DNA of 64,000 nt from Bdellovibrionaceae bacterium UBA2351 (lineage in GTDB: Bacteria; Bdellovibrionota; Bdellovibrionia; Bdellovibrionales; Bdellovibrionaceae). The translations under genes were made by a program, and so were the position numbers. The notes beneath the pieces are model-generated. The model did no database searches and was not told the origin of the DNA. It was given only the letters and a program-made list of their open reading frames with translations. Positions 56,356-64,000 of the stretch are shown in pieces. Location: positions 10 through 64,009 of the forward strand of contig DDTZ01000055.1 of assembly GCA_002344565.1 (NCBI GenBank). Reading direction: 5' to 3'. Each line of letters begins with the position of its first letter. Position 1 is the stretch's first letter.

Positions 56356-58362
56356 CTAATCTTTTAGTTCGGGGCGGGCTTTGTATTCGGATAGGGCTTC
56401 GGGATTTGCTAGGGCTTCTACGTTTTTTACTGGTTCGCCTTGGACGGTTTGGCGTACCGCTAGTTCTACGATTTTTCCGCTTTTTGTGCGTGGGATGTTT
56501 TGGACTTGTAGAACTTTAGCGGGGACGTGCCTTGGTGTTGTGTTTTTCTTGATTTGGTTTTTGATCTTATCGATCAACGCAGAATCTAGAGTTAATCCGT
56601 CGCGAAGTTTTACGAATAGTACGACGCGAACATCATTGCTCCAGTTTTGCCCAATGACAATTGATTCAACGACTTCATCGAGCATTTCTACTTGTTTATA
56701 TATTTCTGCTGTACCAATTCGAACACCACCAGGATTTAGTGTTGCATCTGAACGACCGTAAATGATGTAACCGCCATTTAAAGTTTTTTCGACATAGTCA
56801 CCGTGGCACCAAACATTTTCAAATTTTTCAAAGTAAGCTTTTTTGAATTTCTCTTGGGTAGGGTCATTCCAGAAGAAAACGGGTTTTGAGGGAAATGATT
56901 GTTTGCAAACCAATTCGCCTTTTTCACCCACAAGTGGCGTTTTATCATCATCCCAAATATCCATATCAAATGCTAATCCTGCCGCAGAGATTTCTCCGCG
57001 AATGACTGGGGTCCATGGATTAGACAAAACGAAGCAGGCAATGATATCGGTACCGCCAGAAATAGAGCCAAGTTGAACTTTTGGATTGATATGCTCGTAA
57101 ACATAATCAAAACCGTCTTCATTCAATGGGCTACCTGTCGAGAATACGGTGCGCATTGAGCTTAAATTGAAATCCTTGTTTGGAGTCAAATTTGCTTTCT
57201 TGCACGAATCGATAAACTTTGCTGATGTGCCAAACTGAGTGCATTTATGCTGTTCTAGAAATTTAAATAGTTCTTTGGCATCTTTGTAAAATGGAGCGCC
57301 TTCATATAAAAGAATATTCGCGCCCGACGAGATTCCTGTAACTAACCAGTTCCACATCATCCAACCGCACGTCGTGAAATAAAATAGTTGATCCAGAGGT
57401 CTGATATCGCCATGAAGTTGATGCTCTTTCATATGCTGGAATAAAGTGCCGCCATGGCCGTGAGTAATACACTTAGGGACGCCTGTGGTTCCCGACGAGA
57501 ATAAAATAAACAGTGGATGATTGAATTCTATTTTTACAAACTTTAGAGGTTTAGCAGAATGGTTTCCCAAAATTAGGCTCAACGCTGTCATTCCACCCAA
57601 ACTATGAGCTGTATGAGTCGATGTTTCGTTAGCCAATGCAGATAACGGTTGATCGAAACCAATCATGATCGTATTTTTTACGGTCGCTAGTGATTTTAGA
57701 ATCTCGGTCGTTTTCTCTTTTAGATCTAGCTTCTTGCCATTGTATATGTAGAAATCGCTCGTGATGAAAATTTTAGGATCGATCTGGCTCATGCGATCTA
57801 GAACACCTTGAACGCCAAAGTCCGGTGAACAGCTCGACCAAATTGCACCAAGTGATGTCGCTGCTGTCATCAAAATGATAGTCGCTGGATGATTAGGAAC
57901 CATTGCGGCTACACGATCCCCTTTTTGTAGACCCATGGCTTCCAGAGCTTGCTGAGCTTTGGAAACTAGTTTTGTAAATTCAGGATACGTAATTGTGAAT
58001 TCAACTTGATCTTCAGCTTTAAAAACCAAAAAAGGAACTGTGTTTGCGTTCGGCTGGGAACCGCGATTTTTTTCAGCTAGCTTAACTAAGTTTTCCGCGT
58101 AATTGACAGAAGATTCTGGGAACCATTTAGAATTCAGAAAATCAGTTGGGTTTTCTAGTGCTGTTCCTTTGCGTTCGCCAACGATACCGAAAAAATCCCA
58201 AAGTTCCGTCCAGAACGTCTGGGAGTTTTCATTCGTCCATTTCCAAAGTGACGTGTAGTTTTCAAAATGAGTATTGTGTTTTTTCTCTAGGTTCGTTTTA
58301 AGTCGATACAGAGCCGTGGCTTCAAAACTAGCCTTTGTTGGTTCCCAGAGTACTTTCTTCAT
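56356..58362 (-). CDS. Acetoacetyl-CoA synthetase (acetoacetate--CoA ligase)
   Basis: 668 aa. N-terminus LWEPTK...SLWKWTNENSQTFWTELWDFFGI is typical of the family. AMP-binding core FSSGTTGVPKCITH and C-terminal IPRTKSGKIVE. Confidence 0.85.
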   Translation of the reverse strand: MKKVLWEPTKASFEATALYRLKTNLEKKHNTHFENYTSLWKWTNENSQTFWTELWDFFGIVGERKGTALENPTDFLNSKWFPESSVNYAENLVKLAEKNRGSQPNANTVPFLVFKAEDQVEFTITYPEFTKLVSKAQQALEAMGLQKGDRVAAMVPNHPATIILMTAATSLGAIWSSCSPDFGVQGVLDRMSQIDPKIFITSDFYIYNGKKLDLKEKTTEILKSLATVKNTIMIGFDQPLSALANETSTHTAHSLGGMTALSLILGNHSAKPLKFVKIEFNHPLFILFSSGTTGVPKCITHGHGGTLFQHMKEHQLHGDIRPLDQLFYFTTCGWMMWNWLVTGISSGANILLYEGAPFYKDAKELFKFLEQHKCTQFGTSAKFIDSCKKANLTPNKDFNLSSMRTVFSTGSPLNEDGFDYVYEHINPKVQLGSISGGTDIIACFVLSNPWTPVIRGEISAAGLAFDMDIWDDDKTPLVGEKGELVCKQSFPSKPVFFWNDPTQEKFKKAYFEKFENVWCHGDYVEKTLNGGYIIYGRSDATLNPGGVRIGTAEIYKQVEMLDEVVESIVIGQNWSNDVRVVLFVKLRDGLTLDSALIDKIKNQIKKNTTPRHVPAKVLQVQNIPRTKSGKIVELAVRQTVQGEPVKNVEALANPEALSEYKARPELKD

Positions 58363-58368
58363 TTGATC

Positions 58369-60156
58369 CTACTTTTTAATATAAACTTTCAAGTCTACGC
58401 GGCGATTTTTAGCTCGACCGGCGTCTGTCTTATTTGTCGCAATAGGACGGGCTTCCCCGAAACCGATTGCAGTGATCTGATTATCGCGAATATCTAAATT
58501 ATCAAGCAAATTATTCTTAATTGTTTTAGCGCGACGTTCGCTTAAATTTTGATTGTAGTCGTCAGAACCCATCGAATCTGTATGACCCTCGATGATAAGC
58601 GATTTGATATTTAATTCGAATAATGTGGAAATGATTTTTTCCATTTCTTTTTTCGAACCTTTGGTTAATGTATCGCGGTCAAAATCGAATTCTAAGTTTT
58701 TCAGACGAATCAATTTATCTGGCTTAGGGATTTCTTTTACTTTGATCGTAGCCCGTGCGGAACGACCTACGCCATCAACAACTTCCACTGTTACGTTTTG
58801 AGCTTCTAAAGGTGCTTTAAACAAACCATTTTGATTAATGCTTCCAGATCCATCAATCACGCCATAACGGAATGGAGCTTTACCGCCCACGGCGCGGAAT
58901 TGCAGAGTTTGCCCTTCAAACAATTCCGAGTGTTGAGGACGGATACCTAAATCACCAGCGAATTCGCTAGGTGCTTTGTAGTTCACGATTGCCGTTGTTG
59001 TTTGTCCTAATGAGTCTTTAAATTCAATTTCGCTTGAACCTGGATTTTCTGGAGACAAAAAATCGCAGTATTTACCAATGAATTGGCCATCACCGCTGAG
59101 GATCTCACATTGATAAGGGGCTTTGCCGCCGATGAACTCAAAACTAACTTGCTCGCCCACAACGACTGTTGAATCTTCTGGGGTTACGCGAAATCCAGTA
59201 GGAGAAATACGTGCTGGCGGTGTTTTTTTGACGGTTTGTGCGGGAGCGGCTTCGCTGCTGTTGGGTTTCCAGTACCAGACGATACCGGCAAACACACGCC
59301 ACGTTGGTGCTAGGGAATCAACACCTGGTTCAATCGTAGCACCCCAGTCGAAGTTTGTATTTTTCCACCAGCGATGCTTTAGACCTAAAAGCAAATCAAG
59401 TGATGTGGCATCTTCGGCTCGGATGTAGGGCTTCTTTTCTAGAGGATAACTATAGATTGTTTCAAACACCCAGCGACTAGTCTCCGTAAATTCATTTGAA
59501 TAACCATACGAAACCGTCAACTGATCATCTAAAGGAAACATTCGTTGATTAGCCGGACGATCGCTGGGGCTGCGTAAGCGCATGCCCGCATTGAAACCAT
59601 GAACGGCTTTTTCGTTTCGTAATGTATAGGCAAGTTCTAAATTATAAATCGCGCTTGGATTAATGCCTGTATAAGGACTATCAACCAATGTCGGAATGTC
59701 TACCGATGCAACAACGGCCCAAGACGGAATGTCGCTATCGCCGAAAGAGTATTTAAAACCAGGGCGAAATGAGTGTACACCTTTATCGATACCAATTTTA
59801 ATGCCCTCTTTAGTTTCCGAGTTGTAGTACCATAAGAACGGCGCTTGTAAAAATGCCGATAGGTTTTTGGTAAAGCCATACCCAATCGAAAAATCATATT
59901 CAGCTAGTTCATTCGCGTAAGACATTTTTTCCTGAGTGTTCACATCTTTGAAAACTAATAGATGATCCTTAGCGAAATTCAGATATTGAGACAAAACCAA
60001 GTAGTCGCCGTACAGTGGGCGAGACGTATGAACCGTGATGAAATCAAGGCCATCTGTATTGGGAACAAATGTCTGCATGTCACCTAAAACATTAGGAAAT
60101 GCTTGCGTTGAGATAAGAAGTGGCAACACGATAAGCTTTAAAATCCATTTCTTCAT
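58369..60156 (-). CDS. OmpA-family outer-membrane protein (beta-barrel + Ig-like repeats + OmpA_C peptidoglycan-binding domain)
   Basis: Signal peptide and C-terminal IEGHTDSMGSDDYNQNLSERRAKTI ... NRRVDLKVY. Two repeated GGKAP..Y modules in the middle. Confidence 0.8.
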   Translation of the reverse strand: MKKWILKLIVLPLLISTQAFPNVLGDMQTFVPNTDGLDFITVHTSRPLYGDYLVLSQYLNFAKDHLLVFKDVNTQEKMSYANELAEYDFSIGYGFTKNLSAFLQAPFLWYYNSETKEGIKIGIDKGVHSFRPGFKYSFGDSDIPSWAVVASVDIPTLVDSPYTGINPSAIYNLELAYTLRNEKAVHGFNAGMRLRSPSDRPANQRMFPLDDQLTVSYGYSNEFTETSRWVFETIYSYPLEKKPYIRAEDATSLDLLLGLKHRWWKNTNFDWGATIEPGVDSLAPTWRVFAGIVWYWKPNSSEAAPAQTVKKTPPARISPTGFRVTPEDSTVVVGEQVSFEFIGGKAPYQCEILSGDGQFIGKYCDFLSPENPGSSEIEFKDSLGQTTTAIVNYKAPSEFAGDLGIRPQHSELFEGQTLQFRAVGGKAPFRYGVIDGSGSINQNGLFKAPLEAQNVTVEVVDGVGRSARATIKVKEIPKPDKLIRLKNLEFDFDRDTLTKGSKKEMEKIISTLFELNIKSLIIEGHTDSMGSDDYNQNLSERRAKTIKNNLLDNLDIRDNQITAIGFGEARPIATNKTDAGRAKNRRVDLKVYIKK

Positions 60157-60330
60157 GTTAAGTCCTTTTTAACGAAAGAATGTTCCAAACTAGTTTACGT
60201 TGAATTCCATAACGAAAGCAAATGGTTAAATGATTTTCGGCCCTTCCATTTGGCGATGATTTTATAAGAGGCTACCGCGCAGTTCTTCGTTGTCAGGGCC
60301 GCTAAATATAGTTACTTTGCGATAAAGAAT

Positions 60331-60840
60331 ATGGAAAAAACAAACCCTAGTTTTATTTTGAAAGTAGCCGAAATAGTTTCGACCTGGTTTTATGTCGGAA
60401 AAATCCGCTGGGCCCCAGGAACCTTGGGAACTCTGGCAACGATTCCATTTGTGATCGTTTTTCAGATGATGGGTTCCATTGGCTATATAGCAGTAACATT
60501 TTTGATCGTATTTCTTGGAATCTTCCTTTCGGATATTTACGAAAAATCAAAAGGTGATCATGATTTGTCCGAGATCGTGATTGATGAAGTCGCTGGGTAT
60601 ATGATTGCAATGACCTTGTTGCCGATGACCTGGCAGGCACTGACGCTTGGTTTTTTAATCTTTAGATTCTTTGATATTTTTAAACCATTCCCTATTGGCT
60701 GGTTAGATCGCAAAATAAATGGGGGATTGGGCGTGATGGTTGATGATATAGCGGCCGGTGTGATTACAAATGTCATTCTTCAGATTTTGTATACAAAAAC
60801 AGCATGGCTAGGATCTCAGATTATTCATATCAACACTTAG
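60331..60840 (+). CDS. pgpA: Phosphatidylglycerophosphatase A
   Basis: APGTLGTLATIPF, IDEVAGYMIAM, FRFFDIFKPFPIGWLD and GVMVDDIAAGV. Confidence 0.85.
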   Translation: MEKTNPSFILKVAEIVSTWFYVGKIRWAPGTLGTLATIPFVIVFQMMGSIGYIAVTFLIVFLGIFLSDIYEKSKGDHDLSEIVIDEVAGYMIAMTLLPMTWQALTLGFLIFRFFDIFKPFPIGWLDRKINGGLGVMVDDIAAGVITNVILQILYTKTAWLGSQIIHINT

Positions 60841-60882
60841 GGGCCAGTTTTTTATGTCTCAAGGCAACAAAGCGATTTTTTG

Positions 60883-61368
60883 ATGGACACATTTACATAT
60901 AAATTACACACTCTATTTAAGCAACTACGCCGCACTCAAACGGTGGTCGGTTTCGCTGAAAGCTGCACTGGTGGCAAACTTTCGTCGAAAGTGACAGAGA
61001 ATCCCGGAGTCTCTGACATCTTTATGGGTTCGGTCGTATGTTATGCCAATTCGGCGAAGGAAGATATTCTAGGAGTCCTTCGTGAATCGATAGAAAAAGA
61101 AGGGGCTGTGAGCGAAACAGTAGCCCTACAGATGGCCAAAGGCGCACAGAAAGTTCTCAGAACTAACTGGGCGGCCGCTATAACGGGAATAGCGGGACCG
61201 GATGGCGGGACGAAAACTAAACCTGTGGGCACCGTATGTTTTGGAATCGTAGGACCGGGCGTTGAATACACTGAAAAAAAGTTGTTTACAGGCTCAAGGG
61301 TTCAGATACAAGAACAGTCGGCGGAACAGGCTGTTGAACTGTTAAACAAGCATCTAGAGCGGATCTAG
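60883..61368 (+). CDS. pncC: CinA C-terminal-domain protein (nicotinamide-nucleotide amidohydrolase PncC type)
   Basis: AESCTGGKLSSKVTENPGVSDIFMGSVVCYANSAK and ITGIAGPDGGTKTKPVGTV. Classical position directly upstream of recA. Confidence 0.8.
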   Translation: MDTFTYKLHTLFKQLRRTQTVVGFAESCTGGKLSSKVTENPGVSDIFMGSVVCYANSAKEDILGVLRESIEKEGAVSETVALQMAKGAQKVLRTNWAAAITGIAGPDGGTKTKPVGTVCFGIVGPGVEYTEKKLFTGSRVQIQEQSAEQAVELLNKHLERI

Positions 61369-61438
61369 GGCGGAAACGAAACTTTGAAACTTAATTTTGG
61401 TAAATTATCAACTCAGGTAGAGTTAAGGAAGGGTAAAA

Positions 61439-62596
61439 ATGGCTGCAAATACAGAAAAAGACACAAAAGCTCAAGGCGAAAAACTAAAAGCGTTAGAGCT
61501 AGCAGTTTCTTCAATTGAAAAACAATTCGGTAAAGGTTCAATCATGAGATTGAACGTGAATGAACCTCTTCATAAAGACATCGAAGCGATCAGCACAGGC
61601 GCATTAAGCCTAGATATCGCTCTTGGTATCGGCGGTCTTCCTAAGGGTCGTATCGTAGAAGTTTACGGCCCAGAATCATCTGGTAAAACAACAATCGCAT
61701 TATCAACAATCGCTCAAGCTCAGAAAAAAGGCGGCGTGGTTGCATTCATCGATGCGGAACATGCATTAGACGTAAATTATGCTCGTAAATTGGGTGTAAA
61801 CACGGAAGATCTTTTAATCTCTCAACCAGACACGGGTGAACAAGCTCTTGAAATCGCTGAAACTCTAGTTCGTTCGGGCGCGATCGACGTGATCGTTATC
61901 GACTCGGTAGCGGCGCTAGTTCCACGTGCTGAGATCGAAGGTGAAATGGGTGATAGTCACATGGGTCTACAGGCTCGTTTGATGTCACAAGCGCTTAGAA
62001 AATTAACTGCGGCGATCAGCCGTTCAAATACACTAATGATCTTCATCAATCAAATCCGTATGAAAATCGGTGTTATGTTCGGTAACCCGGAAACAACTAC
62101 GGGTGGTAACGCTCTTAAATTCTACGCGTCTGTCCGTATGGATGTACGCCGTGTGGGCGCGATCAAAGATGGTGAGGATGTTACGGGTAACAGAACAGCT
62201 GTTAAAATCGTGAAGAATAAAATGGCAGCACCATTCACTAAAACTGAATTTGATCTAATGTACAACGAAGGTATTTCTGCTGAGGGTGATATCTTGGATC
62301 TAGCGGTAACTGCAAACCTAGTTGAAAAATCAGGAGCATGGTTCAGCTACAAAGGCGAGCGTATGGGGCAAGGTCGCGATCAAGCGAAATCATTCTTGAA
62401 AGCAAACCCACAAATCAAGGATACGTTACGTGCGCAGATTCTTTCTATGAAGGGTATCGGTCAATTATTAGTTGATGCGGATACTAAAGCAGCGGCAACA
62501 GTAGAAGAGGCTGACGAAACTCCAGATGTTGAAATTACAACAGCTGAAAAAGACGCATCTAAAGATGCTAAAAACAAAAAGAAAGCTAAACACTAA
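61439..62596 (+). CDS. recA: Recombinase RecA (385 aa, extended C-terminal tail)
   Basis: [16 protein letters not shown] (Walker A), [48 protein letters not shown] and [32 protein letters not shown]. Confidence 0.97.
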   Translation: MAANTEKDTKAQGEKLKALELAVSSIEKQFGKGSIMRLNVNEPLHKDIEAISTGALSLDIALGIGGLPKGRIVEVYGPESSGKTTIALSTIAQAQKKGGVVAFIDAEHALDVNYARKLGVNTEDLLISQPDTGEQALEIAETLVRSGAIDVIVIDSVAALVPRAEIEGEMGDSHMGLQARLMSQALRKLTAAISRSNTLMIFINQIRMKIGVMFGNPETTTGGNALKFYASVRMDVRRVGAIKDGEDVTGNRTAVKIVKNKMAAPFTKTEFDLMYNEGISAEGDILDLAVTANLVEKSGAWFSYKGERMGQGRDQAKSFLKANPQIKDTLRAQILSMKGIGQLLVDADTKAAATVEEADETPDVEITTAEKDASKDAKNKKKAKH

Positions 62597-62620
62597 ATTA
62601 TATACTTAATATGCAGTGTA

Positions 62621-62652
62621 AAAAGAGGAGCTATATAGCTCCTCTTTTTTTA
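62621..62652 (+). terminator. Rho-independent terminator after recA
   Basis: AAAAGAGGAGCTATATAGCTCCTCTTTTTTTAT. Confidence 0.75.
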
Positions 62653-62740
62653 TGTCTTCATGCCTAGACCAACATAGGGATTTAATTCATACATTAATGC
62701 CCTCTCTATTTTTTTAGTAGTAAGCTTTAAAGACAGAAAA

Positions 62741-63925
62741 ATGGAAAAATCACCTCAGCATTATCAGCCTCATTTTAATCGTTATGAAAAAGAATTTAAT
62801 AATTCAATTTGGGACCTTGTACGTAAAGCCAACGACGACAAGAAGACCAGAGCTGCGTTTATTCATTCTTTAAATTATATAAATAGTGAATCGCGATTTA
62901 CTGAAAGCCTGCTAGATGCAAAGTCATTGCAAATAATGCAGAGTGGGCGTCCAGTTAACATAAGCTGGGATGATAATAAAATCTATTTTGAAACAGTTAT
63001 TCTAAATTACAAAGACGGTTTGGAATTAGCTTCTCTTCGCAAAATGAGTGAATTTAGTTTTTTTGATTTGAAACTAACTCAACTAAAAATCAAAGAAGAC
63101 AAAATTCGTCTGAAGTTTGAGGACCAATGGGAGGCGATGGATCCCTATAAGTTTTTCGACGTAATGGAAGATCTATGTAACTTTGGTGACTATCTTGAAT
63201 TTTATATGATGAAGAAATTCAAAATGGAAAGTCCGAATCAGAGGGCGCGTACACCTGAAGCCAGTAAAAAGTTGGATGAGGGTTGGGAGTTATTTCAGGA
63301 AATCAGTAGGGAGGCTAAAACCTACATGGATGACTTTGAAAAAAAGCGCTATCGTGATTCGTGCGTCGAAATTTTTTGGAACTATCTACAAAAGGTTGAG
63401 TATACATTTGCTCCACGTGGATTCTTAAAGCTTGAAATTCGCAGTGCTATGACTGATTTGAATCCTAATCTGGGTTTTGAACCCATGTATGCCAAGATTT
63501 TTACTAACTTTAAAAAAATCAGTGAAATTTCCAAAGAAAATTTTTGTTTAAGTTTTTTTAAAGAAACATCATTTATGCCTGCCAAACGGGTTGCTTATAT
63601 GGAGCGCGCGAAACTCCATTTTGACGAATATTTGAAAAATGCGTTCCAATACAGAAATAAGCAGGACTATATTTTGTCGACTTTGTACCTGAACACGGCG
63701 ATTTATACCTATTTAAATAGATATTTCTGCGAAAAGGAACTCGAAACCTATTTAAGAAATTTGTTATTCCGCGCTTCGGGATCTAACTGGAAAACAGCAT
63801 CTGAACGTTTATATCAAGGACTTGAACGGTATACGATAAATCAAAACTTGATTTATCAAGATCCAGTCAGCGTCGAAAACGTTATGCATGTTATGCTGAG
63901 ATGGATAAAAAGGATCGTGCGCTAA
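62741..63925 (+). CDS. Hypothetical cytoplasmic protein (394 aa)
   Basis: Long ORF with coding-like composition. No signal peptide and no motif I can name. TAATG overlap with the next ORF. Confidence 0.5.
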   Translation: MEKSPQHYQPHFNRYEKEFNNSIWDLVRKANDDKKTRAAFIHSLNYINSESRFTESLLDAKSLQIMQSGRPVNISWDDNKIYFETVILNYKDGLELASLRKMSEFSFFDLKLTQLKIKEDKIRLKFEDQWEAMDPYKFFDVMEDLCNFGDYLEFYMMKKFKMESPNQRARTPEASKKLDEGWELFQEISREAKTYMDDFEKKRYRDSCVEIFWNYLQKVEYTFAPRGFLKLEIRSAMTDLNPNLGFEPMYAKIFTNFKKISEISKENFCLSFFKETSFMPAKRVAYMERAKLHFDEYLKNAFQYRNKQDYILSTLYLNTAIYTYLNRYFCEKELETYLRNLLFRASGSNWKTASERLYQGLERYTINQNLIYQDPVSVENVMHVMLRWIKRIVR

Positions 63926-64000
63926 TGGTGAATTTTGAATCTTTCAAAAAGAGCGTATTTAAAGTTTTGACTCCGGAATCAACAGGCAGCGGATTTCTTT
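63925..64000 (+). CDS. 5' end of an ORF, possibly a trypsin-like serine peptidase (partial)
   Basis: MVNFESFKKSVFKVLTPESTGSGFL. The ...GSGF.. segment shortly after the N-terminus is typical of S1-type peptidase domains, but only 25 codons are visible. Confidence 0.25.
   Translation, partial: MVNFESFKKSVFKVLTPESTGSGFL

Noticed and set aside
55089-58362. kamA, acetoacetyl-CoA synthetase and the thiolase at 5252 as a lysine-fermentation pathway.
   Set aside because: The defining genes (kamDE beta-lysine mutase, kdd, kce, kal) are absent. kamA and the synthetase are convergent rather than co-transcribed, and the thiolase is 50 kb away.
61392-61407. Searched for an SOS/LexA box upstream of recA. 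The only palindrome is TAATTT-TGGT-AAATTA.
   Set aside because: It is pure AT, has short arms, and does not match the LexA-box types I know (CTGT-N8-ACAG, GAAC-N4-GTTC, or the TTAC-N3-GTAA reported for Bdellovibrio). It is likely chance in AT-rich DNA.
61439-62596. The RecA C-terminal tail ends in a basic KNKKKAKH cluster after the usual acidic stretch.
   Set aside because: It is real in the sequence, but RecA tails are highly variable. Without comparative data this is not evidence of altered function.
1-64000. Scanned by eye for CRISPR arrays, tRNA/rRNA genes, integrases or IS elements, toxin-antitoxin pairs and known defence-system hallmarks.
   Set aside because: None found. All long ORFs are accounted for by housekeeping, envelope, transport or hypothetical secreted proteins. 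An eye scan cannot exclude small RNAs.

Overview
Gene-dense, AT-rich chromosomal segment from a flagellated Gram-negative bacterium, with about 55 protein genes and short intergenic gaps. The protein set includes two short flagellins, RNase R with a long basic tail, a secreted S1/P1 nuclease next to a nucleoside-type ABC importer, and many secreted or outer-membrane hypotheticals. It looks like a Bdellovibrio-and-like organism (Bdellovibrionota), but that is inference from protein flavour only, since I could not run a search. Recognisable core genes are purD, a thiolase, valS, recA (with pncC/cinA and pgpA upstream), rnr, ubiB, a PBP1A, trmO, a KamA-family lysine 2,3-aminomutase and an acetoacetyl-CoA synthetase. 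I saw no rRNA, tRNA, CRISPR array, integrase, IS element or recognisable defence system. All calls come from motif recall on the supplied translations and from reading the DNA, with no BLAST or HMM, and start codons were re-picked by eye using SD motifs and signal peptides. No clear-cut novel system stands out. The best candidates for follow-up: (1) a translationally coupled DUF507-DUF507-GroES cassette in which the GroES domain carries a ~95 aa histone-H1-like Lys/Ala/Pro tail and has no groEL partner; (2) a heavy-metal RND/TolC row with no membrane-fusion adaptor, flanked instead by two small His/Cys-rich proteins; (3) both flagellin leaders share a GGA/SD-like motif plus a short uORF covering the real SD; (4) a sigma-28-type promoter placed to give a leaderless PAS-MCP mRNA; (5) a frameshifted secreted adenosine-deaminase-like gene; (6) an orphan FAAL + ACP pair; (7) an 89-nt out-of-frame rnr/ubiB overlap with an internal SD.
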